Sequence record: PQ227241.1 | Reading direction: 5' to 3' (one strand) | DNA: 64,000 nucleotides | Position numbers and translations under genes: made by a program | Shown: positions 15,184 to 28,867 of the stretch, piece by piece | Numbering within the stretch: the first letter of the stretch is position 1 | Layout of the letters: each line of letters begins with the position of its first letter | The notes under the pieces: generated by a model | Told to the model about the DNA's origin: nothing | The model's input: the letters and a program-made list of their open reading frames with translations, nothing else | Database searches by the model: none

Positions 15184-15729
15184 TCAGTCCTTATCTATTA
15201 CTTCTACAGATCCAAATAGTAGATGTAGGGTATACATTAGATCATTCATACCGTTTTTGTGTTTAACCCAATTCTGGATCATTGAAACAGTATCTAGATC
15301 TAATTTTAACTCATTAAAGAGAGTAGCAATTTCAGCGCGCGGTTCAATGAGTTGTGCACCAGCATCTGGTTCAGTAGCTAGTAACATTGGCCATTGGGTA
15401 ATTGAAATACGTCGATGACCCGTAGCAATGTATCGAACAGTATCTAATAGGAATTGATAATTATAACTATCAATATTACTATTATTGTCCTGTAGAATAA
15501 ACCAATTATAGTTTCCGCTAAAAAGACGAATAGCACAAGCTAGAACTTTCTTATGGAATTCCCAATATGCAGTTTGTGCAGGAAAGTTGGTAAAGATAAG
15601 ATATAGTTCTTCAACTTGAGGATCACCGGGACGAGCAGTGAACCGTGAAATGGCCTGTTGTTGACCACCTGAGTAATTACGACCAAATGGGCGTACAGCA
15701 TTAGTTGCTGGCATATCAATGCCCTCCAT
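15184..15729 (-). CDS. Head-associated protein (gp91 orthologue)
   Basis: 181-aa ORF with TAATG overlap with gp90; synteny. Confidence 0.6.
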   Translation of the reverse strand: MEGIDMPATNAVRPFGRNYSGGQQQAISRFTARPGDPQVEELYLIFTNFPAQTAYWEFHKKVLACAIRLFSGNYNWFILQDNNSNIDSYNYQFLLDTVRYIATGHRRISITQWPMLLATEPDAGAQLIEPRAEIATLFNELKLDLDTVSMIQNWVKHKNGMNDLMYTLHLLFGSVEVIDKD

Positions 15730-16661
15730 TAGTGACCAAGAGATAGTAGATCACGATGGTTAGCAAAGAACTCAGATGCGCGATCTTGGATCATACCTAG
15801 GCGATAGTTATAATCAGAGATACGAATTTCATACTCTTTAATAAGCTTCTGTAGGCGTGCATCCACTTTACCATTACTTTGCATTTCCCGCATTTCTTGT
15901 AAACGTAGTTGAAGTGCAAGGAATTCTTGCTCAGCTTCTTTAAAACGTTCAACCTGATACTCAGCTAAGAACTTGCCAAATAGCACGAACGGGTTCTGAC
16001 GAGGTGAGAAGCCATCCATGTTAAGTGGATCACGTTGAGCTATAGAGAGAGCACTCACAGCTACATCATAAGTACCTTCATTGACTTCAGCACTAGATGC
16101 ACGACTTAAGCGTTGTTTCAGTTCATTAGTCTTAAGACTCATTGCTGGATACAGAGTAATGAATTGCGCCATATTAGTGTATAGCCATTCTTTCTCAGCA
16201 CGAGATGATTTTAATTCTGTAGCCTTACCTAATTTCATTGCTTCTTGTGCAATTAGATTTAGTAGTAGTTTACGGCCATAACGAATATAGAAACTAAGAC
16301 CATCAACAAAACGTAACATGTTTGCACGGTCAAAGGTTAGATTAGAGTTAGTAAACTGAATAGCAAATAAACGCCGGATTTCGCTTTCGATCATATCAAA
16401 GCTACCACGAATATTTGAAAGAGTATCCAGTACTAGTTTAATCGGTTCAGTATTAAAACTAATCGCTCGCCGTAGTTCAGTAGATAACCGCATACCTAAA
16501 TCTGATTTAAGTTGCATATTACCAAATACTTCACCTACATCGTCAATAATTGGTGCGAGAGTTGCATCATATTCTTCACGTAATGAACGGATTTGATTTA
16601 ATAGTTCACGACGTTCAGTAACTGGTGCGAGTTCACGTACATAATCAATAATTCTCATCAC
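15729..16661 (-). CDS. Head inner-body protein (gp90 orthologue)
   Basis: 310 aa, helical/coiled-coil C-terminus; synteny. Confidence 0.7.
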   Translation of the reverse strand: MMRIIDYVRELAPVTERRELLNQIRSLREEYDATLAPIIDDVGEVFGNMQLKSDLGMRLSTELRRAISFNTEPIKLVLDTLSNIRGSFDMIESEIRRLFAIQFTNSNLTFDRANMLRFVDGLSFYIRYGRKLLLNLIAQEAMKLGKATELKSSRAEKEWLYTNMAQFITLYPAMSLKTNELKQRLSRASSAEVNEGTYDVAVSALSIAQRDPLNMDGFSPRQNPFVLFGKFLAEYQVERFKEAEQEFLALQLRLQEMREMQSNGKVDARLQKLIKEYEIRISDYNYRLGMIQDRASEFFANHRDLLSLGH

Positions 16662-16668
16662 TCAGTCC

Positions 16669-17832
16669 TTAAATATTGGTAGACATGGTTTTATTCATCA
16701 TTTTAAAGATCTCAGTGATATCCGGACCTTTATTCTTTTCAGCCATTTTAATTTCATCAAGTCGGTGAGATGTAGATAGATCAACCCCACGATGATAAAT
16801 AGTTACTCGCTCATAACGGTCATCAATAACAACAAGCATCATTAGATAGCTATTGTCAAAGATCTTTTGCCGAGTGGCGAAATCATCAATACGACCATAA
16901 AGAGAATTAGAAGCAGCTTTAAGAGTTGAAGTTGATACAATCGCGATATTTGATGCATCTGCTAATGAAACCGTACCACTGCGAACTGATTGTTTCCAGT
17001 TGTTACGGCGGCGATCGGTGATTTGTTTATAAACACCTGATTTATCATTCATTAGAATGCGATAATGTTCATCGATCATATCTTGACCTAGAACGAAGTC
17101 ACGCCAGAATTTAATTTGACCAGTTTTTACTAGAAATAGGCGATGTAGCCAAGTATCTCGTCCACCAGCACTAAAGATGTGCGCAATAATCTGAGGACTA
17201 ACAGCGGCTGGAATTAAACGGATCATAACAGGAATTTTAGCTTTCTGCTTTCCTGATTTAACATCAACGTTAACCAGCTTACCAACGGCAAGGTTTTCAA
17301 CTTCATAAATCTTTTGTGTATCACCACTAGAAATACTTTGTGCACTTGTACTTTCGTCATTCGCTTCCATTGAAGCTACCCAACGCTCATGTGAGTGTTC
17401 AGCGACGATATTTGGTAAATGCACAGGCTTCTCAAAAGACTCTAATGAAGGAAGACCATCAGAATACTCTTCGGCAGAGAATACACTAGTGCGAGTTACA
17501 CCTGTACGGTTAGGATTAATAGTATCGAATACTTTTAAAGTATCAATCTTATCCACACCTAGAAGCATATTAACAGCTTGTAGATAATAACCAGTAAAAG
17601 ACGATGAAACAAATTTCATAACGTCTTTCATGTAAGGTTGATCAACTAAGGTTTGGTCTACGATGACCAATGGTTCAACACGAGTTGGACGTGCTAGATC
17701 GGTTAGAGAAGAAATCTCTACACCATTTTTAGTGGCTTGTAGGACAGTCTGCATTAGACCACGTACACCTTGATCAGCAGCAACAGTCATCAGAGCAGAA
17801 CTTACTGCTCCGGCGATTACAGGTAATGGCAT
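16669..17832 (-). CDS. Head inner-body protein (gp89 orthologue)
   Basis: 387 aa; internal SAEE/SLES/SMEA processing-type sites; synteny. Confidence 0.7.
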   Translation of the reverse strand: MPLPVIAGAVSSALMTVAADQGVRGLMQTVLQATKNGVEISSLTDLARPTRVEPLVIVDQTLVDQPYMKDVMKFVSSSFTGYYLQAVNMLLGVDKIDTLKVFDTINPNRTGVTRTSVFSAEEYSDGLPSLESFEKPVHLPNIVAEHSHERWVASMEANDESTSAQSISSGDTQKIYEVENLAVGKLVNVDVKSGKQKAKIPVMIRLIPAAVSPQIIAHIFSAGGRDTWLHRLFLVKTGQIKFWRDFVLGQDMIDEHYRILMNDKSGVYKQITDRRRNNWKQSVRSGTVSLADASNIAIVSTSTLKAASNSLYGRIDDFATRQKIFDNSYLMMLVVIDDRYERVTIYHRGVDLSTSHRLDEIKMAEKNKGPDITEIFKMMNKTMSTNI

Positions 17833-17868
17833 TTTTCTCTTCCTATATGGGTTTGCAGAGAGTTATAA

Positions 17869-21840
<3,972 letters not shown>

Positions 21841-21848
21841 GGTCATAA

Positions 21849-21868
21849 GCCCTCCCCTAGGGGAGGGC
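21849..21868. terminator. Bidirectional terminator between convergent gp87 and gp86
   Basis: GCCCTCCC-CTAG-GGGAGGGC, flanked by CATAA and TTATG. Confidence 0.8.
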
Positions 21869-21881
21869 ATTATGTTGTATT

Positions 21882-23171
21882 TTACATTGCATAACCACGT
21901 TTAAAGTCATCGATGACTTTATCAAATCGACGCTGCCATTCGCGAATAGCATCATTGAAGCCATGGATCTTATAATCTTCACTAACTACTTGTGCACACT
22001 TACCATAATAGTTAAGTACGCAACTAGCTGCTAGATATTGTGCTTGAGAATATTCAAACATCGTATCAGTAATACGACGCATACCTTCAAGGGAAGTGTT
22101 GATTAATTGAACAGACTCACCAATAGCATCAATAGTTTCTTGACTATAATTACGTGATAGTTGCTTTAACTTACGTAGAGTATCACTGCTATTGCGATAT
22201 GCTTTTAACAAATCATCAAGTGGTGCGACAAAACGATCTTTTAACAGATGTGAGTTTTTCCAGAAATTCTTATCAGGGAAATCTGGAATGCTTGAACGAT
22301 CAGGATACACTGTAGATAGTTCATTGCACCGGGTAGCTAGTTTACCAATCTCACGGATATTAGCGATAGGCATAAGTGCACGATAATCGTCACCATTGTA
22401 ATTAACATATTCAATGATAGTGCCAACTAGCTTTTCCATTGTACCTAGTTCAGTACGTGCTTCATTATTAATATTAATGATTTCTTTCTGGTAGTATACA
22501 CTACCAAATGCAGCAGCATATACACGACTAGCTAGGATTTTAGGATCATCAATGATTGATTGTGCAATTGCATCAAACTTTTCTAGTAATGCATCCTTTC
22601 GATTACCTAATCGATTTTTAACTAGTAACTCTTGAAAGAGAGTACGTGCTTGATCAACTGCCCGGACAATCTTTCCATAACGAGTTGCTACAACAACATC
22701 ACGCTTCTTAAAATCACTAATCCAACGCATCAGCTTAGCAAATAGTTCCATTAGTTTCTCAAACCAAGTCTTAAGAGTATTAATGATGGTAGCCATCACT
22801 GCCTCTTGAGAAATAGTCACATTAAGAGTACTACGGGTTGGTGTAAACATAGAAGCATATTGCTCAAGTGAAGCTACTGCTTTCTTAGGAGCTTCAAACC
22901 CTTCAGTGCTCATGCGCTTAACTAATGCTCGAATACCATCAACATCTGGTTTTGATACGCCTTCAAGTTTAGTGATTGCATAAATATCAGATAGCTGATG
23001 AATCGCTTCGACAGCTACACACATCTTAGCTAAAATTTCAGGAGCCGAGGCACTTGAAACAGTCTCTTCTTCGCCTTCAACCATCTCTGGTTGGTTCTCA
23101 TCAAAGAAAAGTTTTTCCTCTTCGACATCTACTTCTTTAACATGAGACATGGGTTTAACCTCACTCATCAA
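21882..23171 (-). CDS. Head protein (gp86 orthologue)
   Basis: 429 aa; ASLEQY...ISQEA paralogue/processing motif shared with gp93-95. Confidence 0.7.
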   Translation of the reverse strand: MMSEVKPMSHVKEVDVEEEKLFFDENQPEMVEGEEETVSSASAPEILAKMCVAVEAIHQLSDIYAITKLEGVSKPDVDGIRALVKRMSTEGFEAPKKAVASLEQYASMFTPTRSTLNVTISQEAVMATIINTLKTWFEKLMELFAKLMRWISDFKKRDVVVATRYGKIVRAVDQARTLFQELLVKNRLGNRKDALLEKFDAIAQSIIDDPKILASRVYAAAFGSVYYQKEIININNEARTELGTMEKLVGTIIEYVNYNGDDYRALMPIANIREIGKLATRCNELSTVYPDRSSIPDFPDKNFWKNSHLLKDRFVAPLDDLLKAYRNSSDTLRKLKQLSRNYSQETIDAIGESVQLINTSLEGMRRITDTMFEYSQAQYLAASCVLNYYGKCAQVVSEDYKIHGFNDAIREWQRRFDKVIDDFKRGYAM

Positions 23172-23610
23172 TACTACCGATTAATTGATTTAATGCATTA
23201 CCCATGTCTGCTTGGATACGGTTATAATCTGGGCCATTAACAACGGCAGAGACAATATTGATATCATCGACAGTTAGATAATCATTAGCGGTATCAGATG
23301 TCAGTACAGCTTTGACAAGACATGGATCAGTAATACCGTTGATAAGACTTTGGCGAATGCGAAGAATATTGTTAAAATATGTTACGGCTAGTTTAGTATC
23401 AACTGCAATATTCTCATTAACTTTACTTAAGATTTTCTTAAATTTAGCAACAGCTTTATCCTGTTGTTCATTGAAATCAAGTAAAATCTCAAATGGAATC
23501 TGTAATGCCACCGCATTAGCTAGGAGCATTGCGCGGGTTTTACGATCAGAACCACCTAAGTTAGGCAGTTGCTTTAGAATACGGGAAAGTTCAAAACCTA
23601 ATTGTTGCAT
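23161..23610 (-). CDS. Head/minor capsid protein (gp85 orthologue)
   Basis: 149 aa, overlaps the gp86 start; synteny. Confidence 0.6.
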   Translation of the reverse strand: MQQLGFELSRILKQLPNLGGSDRKTRAMLLANAVALQIPFEILLDFNEQQDKAVAKFKKILSKVNENIAVDTKLAVTYFNNILRIRQSLINGITDPCLVKAVLTSDTANDYLTVDDINIVSAVVNGPDYNRIQADMGNALNQLIGSIDE

Positions 23611-23621
23611 GATTTTTCTCT

Positions 23622-24863
23622 CTATTTAGTTAAGCGGTAGGCTCTTACAAATAAGTCATTATTTAATAGACTTTCTAAAGTATCTTCTAATTCAGTAGCC
23701 CGTTTATCTTTACGACGCTGGGGACTAAGGAAATCTAAAATTTTATCAAAAATGGTCCACTCATTAGCTAAATCATTTATCAATGAATCAATTACTTTAA
23801 TGTCATCATCAATTCCTGGTTTTAGTGATGAGTCCTTTACCCATTTAAGTTGTGCTACTAGATCTTGTTTAATTTTCATTAAACGTTGTCGTTGTTTGTC
23901 ATAACGTGAACTAATTGGATCATATCCAACTTTTAAATTACCGGCAATGATACCTAGTGTAACAGGTAAACCAATGATCATAAATAGACCTTTGAATACC
24001 TCAGCAGTAATATGGCTAGAAACAGATTTATATTCACGGTCATTATAATACCGACCTGATTTAGTTAATGCCGTTGCCAGTGGCCTTCCATAACCTAATC
24101 GAGTGGCGAATAAATCAGCTAATTGTTCATCGCGTTTACGTGATTGAACATCACCAGTTAAATGCGGACGTTGCGCTTTCTTAAATGATGATAGAATGAC
24201 TTTACGAATATTTCCTTCAGTCCTATCATTAGCAAACTTCTCATAATCGGCTGGATCAACGTTTTTCTTTAACCATGTTTCATCCAATAATTGAATCTTA
24301 TACTTATTAGCTTTCCTACCCTGTAAGATAAGTATACCTTCAGTAAGTGCATAGTTAAGATAGACGTAGTCACCCATTGTAGCCAGTGTTTCCCAACAAT
24401 GCCCAATTTCATGTAATGTAATGGCGGTAGCTTCTGCTATACTAACACGGTTAATAGCCGATAATAAACCAATAGATAAACCGACCTTGTATTTAAAAGT
24501 TGAAACAGCCTCACCCGTAACTTTTAAATTTGTTAAATCAATATTAATGAATGTATTGACACCTTGCTCAGTTGCTAAAGTAACTCGATTAATATTGTCA
24601 AATTTACTACCAGTATGTCCAACTGTAAAGGATGTGTATGCACCACCCATTATACCCTGATCATCCAGGTGTGTAAACTCTATATTCATATTGAGGATCT
24701 TAGAAACATCATCACTCAGTGACCTAAAATCATTAATATCTATTCTCTGTTGATTATCTAATTTATCACGAATCTTGGTTAGATGTTCTTCGATCAATGG
24801 ACCTAAGTCACGCTTAACATTCACATCTAACACTTCATTAGAGATTTCTATCGTATGTAGCAT
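23622..24863 (-). CDS. Virion head protein with zincin HExxH motif and a hydrophobic segment (gp84 orthologue)
   Basis: 413 aa; TLHEIGHCW, downstream EQLADLFATRLGYG and apolar VFKGLFMIIGLPVTLGIIAG. Confidence 0.65.
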   Translation of the reverse strand: MLHTIEISNEVLDVNVKRDLGPLIEEHLTKIRDKLDNQQRIDINDFRSLSDDVSKILNMNIEFTHLDDQGIMGGAYTSFTVGHTGSKFDNINRVTLATEQGVNTFINIDLTNLKVTGEAVSTFKYKVGLSIGLLSAINRVSIAEATAITLHEIGHCWETLATMGDYVYLNYALTEGILILQGRKANKYKIQLLDETWLKKNVDPADYEKFANDRTEGNIRKVILSSFKKAQRPHLTGDVQSRKRDEQLADLFATRLGYGRPLATALTKSGRYYNDREYKSVSSHITAEVFKGLFMIIGLPVTLGIIAGNLKVGYDPISSRYDKQRQRLMKIKQDLVAQLKWVKDSSLKPGIDDDIKVIDSLINDLANEWTIFDKILDFLSPQRRKDKRATELEDTLESLLNNDLFVRAYRLTK

Positions 24864-24964
24864 TTTATATCTCTACCAGTATTAATTTATAATCATAAAG
24901 ATAAGGCTGCGTTGTATAGAATTCAATCTTATGCACTACGTATTATAAAAGAGGCGCACACAAA

Positions 24965-26479
24965 ATGTTTGAGTTATTGTTGTCTTCTGGACTAACAAAT
25001 ACGCCTATATATTCCGATCCTTATCCAGGTCCTAAAACACTGATAGCTGGGACAAGGGAATTAGGTTTGTATGGTGAAACAACATCTTCAGAATTATTTG
25101 GTTATGATGATGCAGCTAAATTAGTTAATATGACATTTGGAACAGTAATCAATGATGGACAACCATGGTTAAAGTTCTCTAATAAAAATGTTACTTGTTA
25201 CATACCAAAGAAACCAGCTCGTAAATCAATACAAAAATCACGGCTTAATAATGCCGGACTCCGTAATGGTGACTATGAAGTTAGATTTATGGGGAACATT
25301 TATAAATTTGGTTTATTAACAATGGCTGGTGCCACATCAGAATGGCAAAGGTTACTTTATAATGTTCACGTATCTAATTTAAATGGTGCTAACTGGCCTT
25401 ATAAATTTACAGATAATGACTTAGGTATTAACCAAGCGGTCGCTGGTGGTATTAGCACTGATGGTACTACTAACTGGGGAAGAGACCCAGGTAGTGATCC
25501 AGTTAATGACCAGCTCTATCGTGGCTACTATGCGATTGATATAACTAGCTCGTCAAGTAGTGAAACGGGTGCTGCAACCCAAGGTTGGCGTCCAGTGGTT
25601 TATGCTAGTGGTACATATCCATTCGTTAAAGATAATGTTATTAAACTTACTGATTTTGAAACTGATAACGAAATGGCAGCAGGTGCCCAAATAGGTAACT
25701 TAGTCTATTATTACGGTGGTAAGAATAATGCTAATACTGCTCTACGTACACTGAATTTAGTCACGGGTAAGTTAACAACATTACAACCAACTGGTACGCC
25801 TATAGCAGTTAAACAATGCTCGGCTGTTGCATTTAATGGTAAAGTATATTTCTATGGTGGTGAAAGTGCCACAGATGGTGTACTTACTAAAGATATGCAG
25901 TGTTATGATCCTGCAACTAATACATGGGAAATAAAATCACCAGGCACGATAGCTTGCCGGTATGCACGTGGAACTAGTCTTAATGGGTTAATCTACATAT
26001 TAGGTGCAGCTGATACAACTGCGACAAATAATCGTGGATTTACATTAATGTACAATCCAACTACAGATACATATACCAGTGGTGCAGCATTTAATGATAC
26101 TGGGGAATATACCCAAGATTATTCAGTGAGTATTTATAATAATAGCGTATGCGTTATTGGTGGTACGGTTGGTGCTGGTGTTAATACTGGAATCATATCG
26201 TACAATCAAACCAACAATAATTGGTCCAAACCAATAACTACAGGTATACCTCTTGGTGCAGCTATTAATATACGCCCATCTGGTGAACTTTATGTAATCG
26301 CTGGTGAAAATCAAAATAACGCACCAATTAAGTATTATGAACCACGATTAGCACGATGGATAAATTTAGGTAATTTAGAAACTGGTTTAGTGGATGCAGG
26401 TTTTGCCAATACGTTTAATAATGACGGTAAGATTTATGTTCTAAACGGTAATCAGAATTTAAAATACCAAATTAGTTAA
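24965..26479 (+). CDS. Tail-associated protein: gp131-family N-terminal module plus Kelch-like beta-propeller (gp83 orthologue)
   Basis: 504 aa; repeated YYYGG/YFYGG/YILG/CVIGG/YVIAG Kelch-like blades with YDP/YNP...W; N-terminal GLYGE...WLKF...EWQRLLY...GWRPV module. Confidence 0.7.
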   Translation: MFELLLSSGLTNTPIYSDPYPGPKTLIAGTRELGLYGETTSSELFGYDDAAKLVNMTFGTVINDGQPWLKFSNKNVTCYIPKKPARKSIQKSRLNNAGLRNGDYEVRFMGNIYKFGLLTMAGATSEWQRLLYNVHVSNLNGANWPYKFTDNDLGINQAVAGGISTDGTTNWGRDPGSDPVNDQLYRGYYAIDITSSSSSETGAATQGWRPVVYASGTYPFVKDNVIKLTDFETDNEMAAGAQIGNLVYYYGGKNNANTALRTLNLVTGKLTTLQPTGTPIAVKQCSAVAFNGKVYFYGGESATDGVLTKDMQCYDPATNTWEIKSPGTIACRYARGTSLNGLIYILGAADTTATNNRGFTLMYNPTTDTYTSGAAFNDTGEYTQDYSVSIYNNSVCVIGGTVGAGVNTGIISYNQTNNNWSKPITTGIPLGAAINIRPSGELYVIAGENQNNAPIKYYEPRLARWINLGNLETGLVDAGFANTFNNDGKIYVLNGNQNLKYQIS

Positions 26480-26485
26480 CGAAAT

Positions 26486-26510
26486 AAACCCTCCCGTAAT
26501 GGGAGGGTTT
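26486..26510. terminator. Bidirectional terminator after gp83
   Basis: AAACCCTCCC-GTAAT-GGGAGGGTTT, followed by TATG. Confidence 0.8.
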
Positions 26511-26582
26511 TATGATGTGTCGAAGTTTATGTTAGCAGTAATGATCAATTGATAATATTTAATTAGGAATACCTTCCATTTT

Positions 26583-26951
26583 TTAATATCCTTCATTAAG
26601 TAGTTCTGCTAGAGCACGTGCCTGTGAAATATCAGTAGAAGCAAAAACATCAGAAAGATAGTTATCATGTTCTTTTGCATTCTGACGCAATTCATCCATT
26701 AGATGTTTATTAGATACCGCCCATACTTTCCACAGATTTTTATAATCATCATATTTGGGATTATACCCGTCTAGTGGTGGTTTTCCTTTACCAGCTTTCC
26801 AATGGTTGGAGTATATGCGATATCCTTTACAATCTAACTGCCAAGCTTCCTCAATTGTTCTGCCATCAGGAAGCCTTGCGTAAAGAGCCGAGAATCTTTT
26901 GTCACCAACAGATGAACATTCATATCCTCCTCGGCGCTTCCACTGATATAT
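26583..26951 (-). CDS. Cryptic 122-aa ORF without ATG/GTG/TTG start (ATA start or -1 frameshift extension of gp82)
   Basis: Hand translation: IYQWKRRGGYECSSVGDKRFSALYARLPDGRTIEEAWQLDCKGY...SQARALAELLNEGY*. It fills the gap exactly. The only in-frame ATG gives 38 aa, so the ORF track misses it. Confidence 0.7.
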   Translation of the reverse strand: MYQWKRRGGYECSSVGDKRFSALYARLPDGRTIEEAWQLDCKGYRIYSNHWKAGKGKPPLDGYNPKYDDYKNLWKVWAVSNKHLMDELRQNAKEHDNYLSDVFASTDISQARALAELLNEGY

Positions 26952-28867
26952 TACTTTGGGTTCTTATAGGTATTAATAAACTTCTCTAGCAGGGTGTCCA
27001 TTTTAGGAGCACCCATGATCTTCTGTGTGATTTCAATAGCATTAACCCTACCACCTGTTAAGTTTACGCCAACTTCACGGCGATGGTGTTCACTAATTCC
27101 TTCCATCATTGAGAATTCCATCACACATGTTTCACGTGCAATATTTAGAATCTGACTAACGTTAGGATATGTCGACACGATGTCAAGGTCGGCGATATGA
27201 CAGAAGATTAAGGTTTTATAATTCGGTAAATCTTTAACACACTGCAATCCATTTGGACCTGCCATGTATGATGGTAGTGTAACAATCCAATCATTATGGC
27301 CAATAACATATTGATCAAGTTCATGCACCATCTGATCTGAACTTGAACCAATGACACATGGCTCTGGTCTATTCAAATACCAGAAGTGCATATCGTCACA
27401 TAGTCGTTTTGGGTTAGAACTAAAGTTCTTATAGTCAGATGCCTTAGAGAATAGACTTATAGAGCGACCAAGGTCATTTACTTGTTCATCAAGTTGTTCT
27501 AGTCGAATGGAGTCGATGATGTTATAAAGACCATATTTGATTTTATGCTTAGTCTGCATCTCACGGTGCCAATCGATACCACCAAGATGTGCAGTTTCTT
27601 TAAAGGTTAACTTACCAAATTCCATTACATATCTAATAGAATCACCATAGGTAAAGTTATCATTTAATATAAAATCATCCACCGGTACCCATTCATTACT
27701 ACCTACATTTTTAATATATTTAGTAATAACGCCGCCTGGTCGGTCAACTAGTTGTTTATTAAAACCTTCAATAAAATCTTCTAAGTCCTTATCATTTTTA
27801 ATGGTCGTGGATTTATCGATGTTTAGTTCTTTTCTAAGAATAGACTCTAACCGATAGTTAGGATCACGTCCTTTAGCTAATCGAGTTACTCGATAAGTTG
27901 ACATAGAATCGATACATTGAAAACTAGAGGGTGCTGTAATCCAATGCCATTGATCCTCCGGTCCTTTAGATTTAGTGACCCCAGATGCAGTGGTGGTCAT
28001 AGGTTCATCAATCTTAAAATGGAAATACCTATAATTCTTAGGTACCGATGGATCAGAAAAAACATCAGCTGGATTAACACCATAGTGTTCTAATGTTTTT
28101 AAGATTCTACCAATGTCGAAGCTAATATTCCAGAATGCGAAGAAATCTGGTTTCCAGGTATGTAGTCGTTTAAAACATTCAATAATAATATCTACTGGTG
28201 TTTCAACAACCATTACTTCAATATCTAGACCACGTTCTTTAATTAGATGTGATAATACCTCTTCTTTTTGTGCTTGTTCTAATGTCTCTTTCACTGGATC
28301 TTCAATATCACTAACCCATCGTTTTAAATAGGCTAAGAAAGCTTTGTTCTTATGTGTAACTGACATACAGATAATCTGACCATCGTTCTCAGCTTCATAA
28401 ACGTTGGTTTCGATGTCACCGCCAGCAACAGTGTTTAGAGAGATTAGACCAGGATAACGTTCTTGATAATCATGCTTCAGATAACAGGTTGAACTAACAT
28501 CACTGCCATATAGGTAAGGACTACGCGCTAGTTGACGAAGAGATCTAGCCGAATAGTCACCTAGGATTTTACTAATCTTACGTTTCATGTCAATTTGAGT
28601 TGACATGTATTTAACTAAGTTACGCTCATATTCGTAATCTTTCTTTTCTTTATGGTTACGCATTCCTTTTGAGGTAATCCAAAAAGGACGCTGGTAGTTT
28701 TCCCACATCCTTAAATTATTTGCAGTTGTACCATCTTCAAAATGAATTCGTTCTTTAACGAAATGCGCATCTGTAAACTTACCAAATTGATCAGTACAAT
28801 AAGTAATATGTTTGGCTTCAATGCCCTTAATCTTTTTCTTATTTGTAACCTGTTGTTCATTAGACAT
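26951..28867 (-). CDS. Family-B DNA polymerase N-terminal subunit: 3'-5' exonuclease plus motif A (gp82 orthologue)
   Basis: ExoI GGDIETN, ExoII WNISFDIG, ExoIII YNIIDS and PolB motif A DLDIVSTYPN. Confidence 0.9.
   Translation of the reverse strand: MSNEQQVTNKKKIKGIEAKHITYCTDQFGKFTDAHFVKERIHFEDGTTANNLRMWENYQRPFWITSKGMRNHKEKKDYEYERNLVKYMSTQIDMKRKISKILGDYSARSLRQLARSPYLYGSDVSSTCYLKHDYQERYPGLISLNTVAGGDIETNVYEAENDGQIICMSVTHKNKAFLAYLKRWVSDIEDPVKETLEQAQKEEVLSHLIKERGLDIEVMVVETPVDIIIECFKRLHTWKPDFFAFWNISFDIGRILKTLEHYGVNPADVFSDPSVPKNYRYFHFKIDEPMTTTASGVTKSKGPEDQWHWITAPSSFQCIDSMSTYRVTRLAKGRDPNYRLESILRKELNIDKSTTIKNDKDLEDFIEGFNKQLVDRPGGVITKYIKNVGSNEWVPVDDFILNDNFTYGDSIRYVMEFGKLTFKETAHLGGIDWHREMQTKHKIKYGLYNIIDSIRLEQLDEQVNDLGRSISLFSKASDYKNFSSNPKRLCDDMHFWYLNRPEPCVIGSSSDQMVHELDQYVIGHNDWIVTLPSYMAGPNGLQCVKDLPNYKTLIFCHIADLDIVSTYPNVSQILNIARETCVMEFSMMEGISEHHRREVGVNLTGGRVNAIEITQKIMGAPKMDTLLEKFINTYKNPK

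Noticed and set aside
26830-26930. Strong GGAGGA SD-like sequence with nearby ATGs after gp82
   Set aside because: It gives only 29-aa or 5-aa products, with poor spacing for the longer one; GGA GGA are Gly codons of the long cryptic frame
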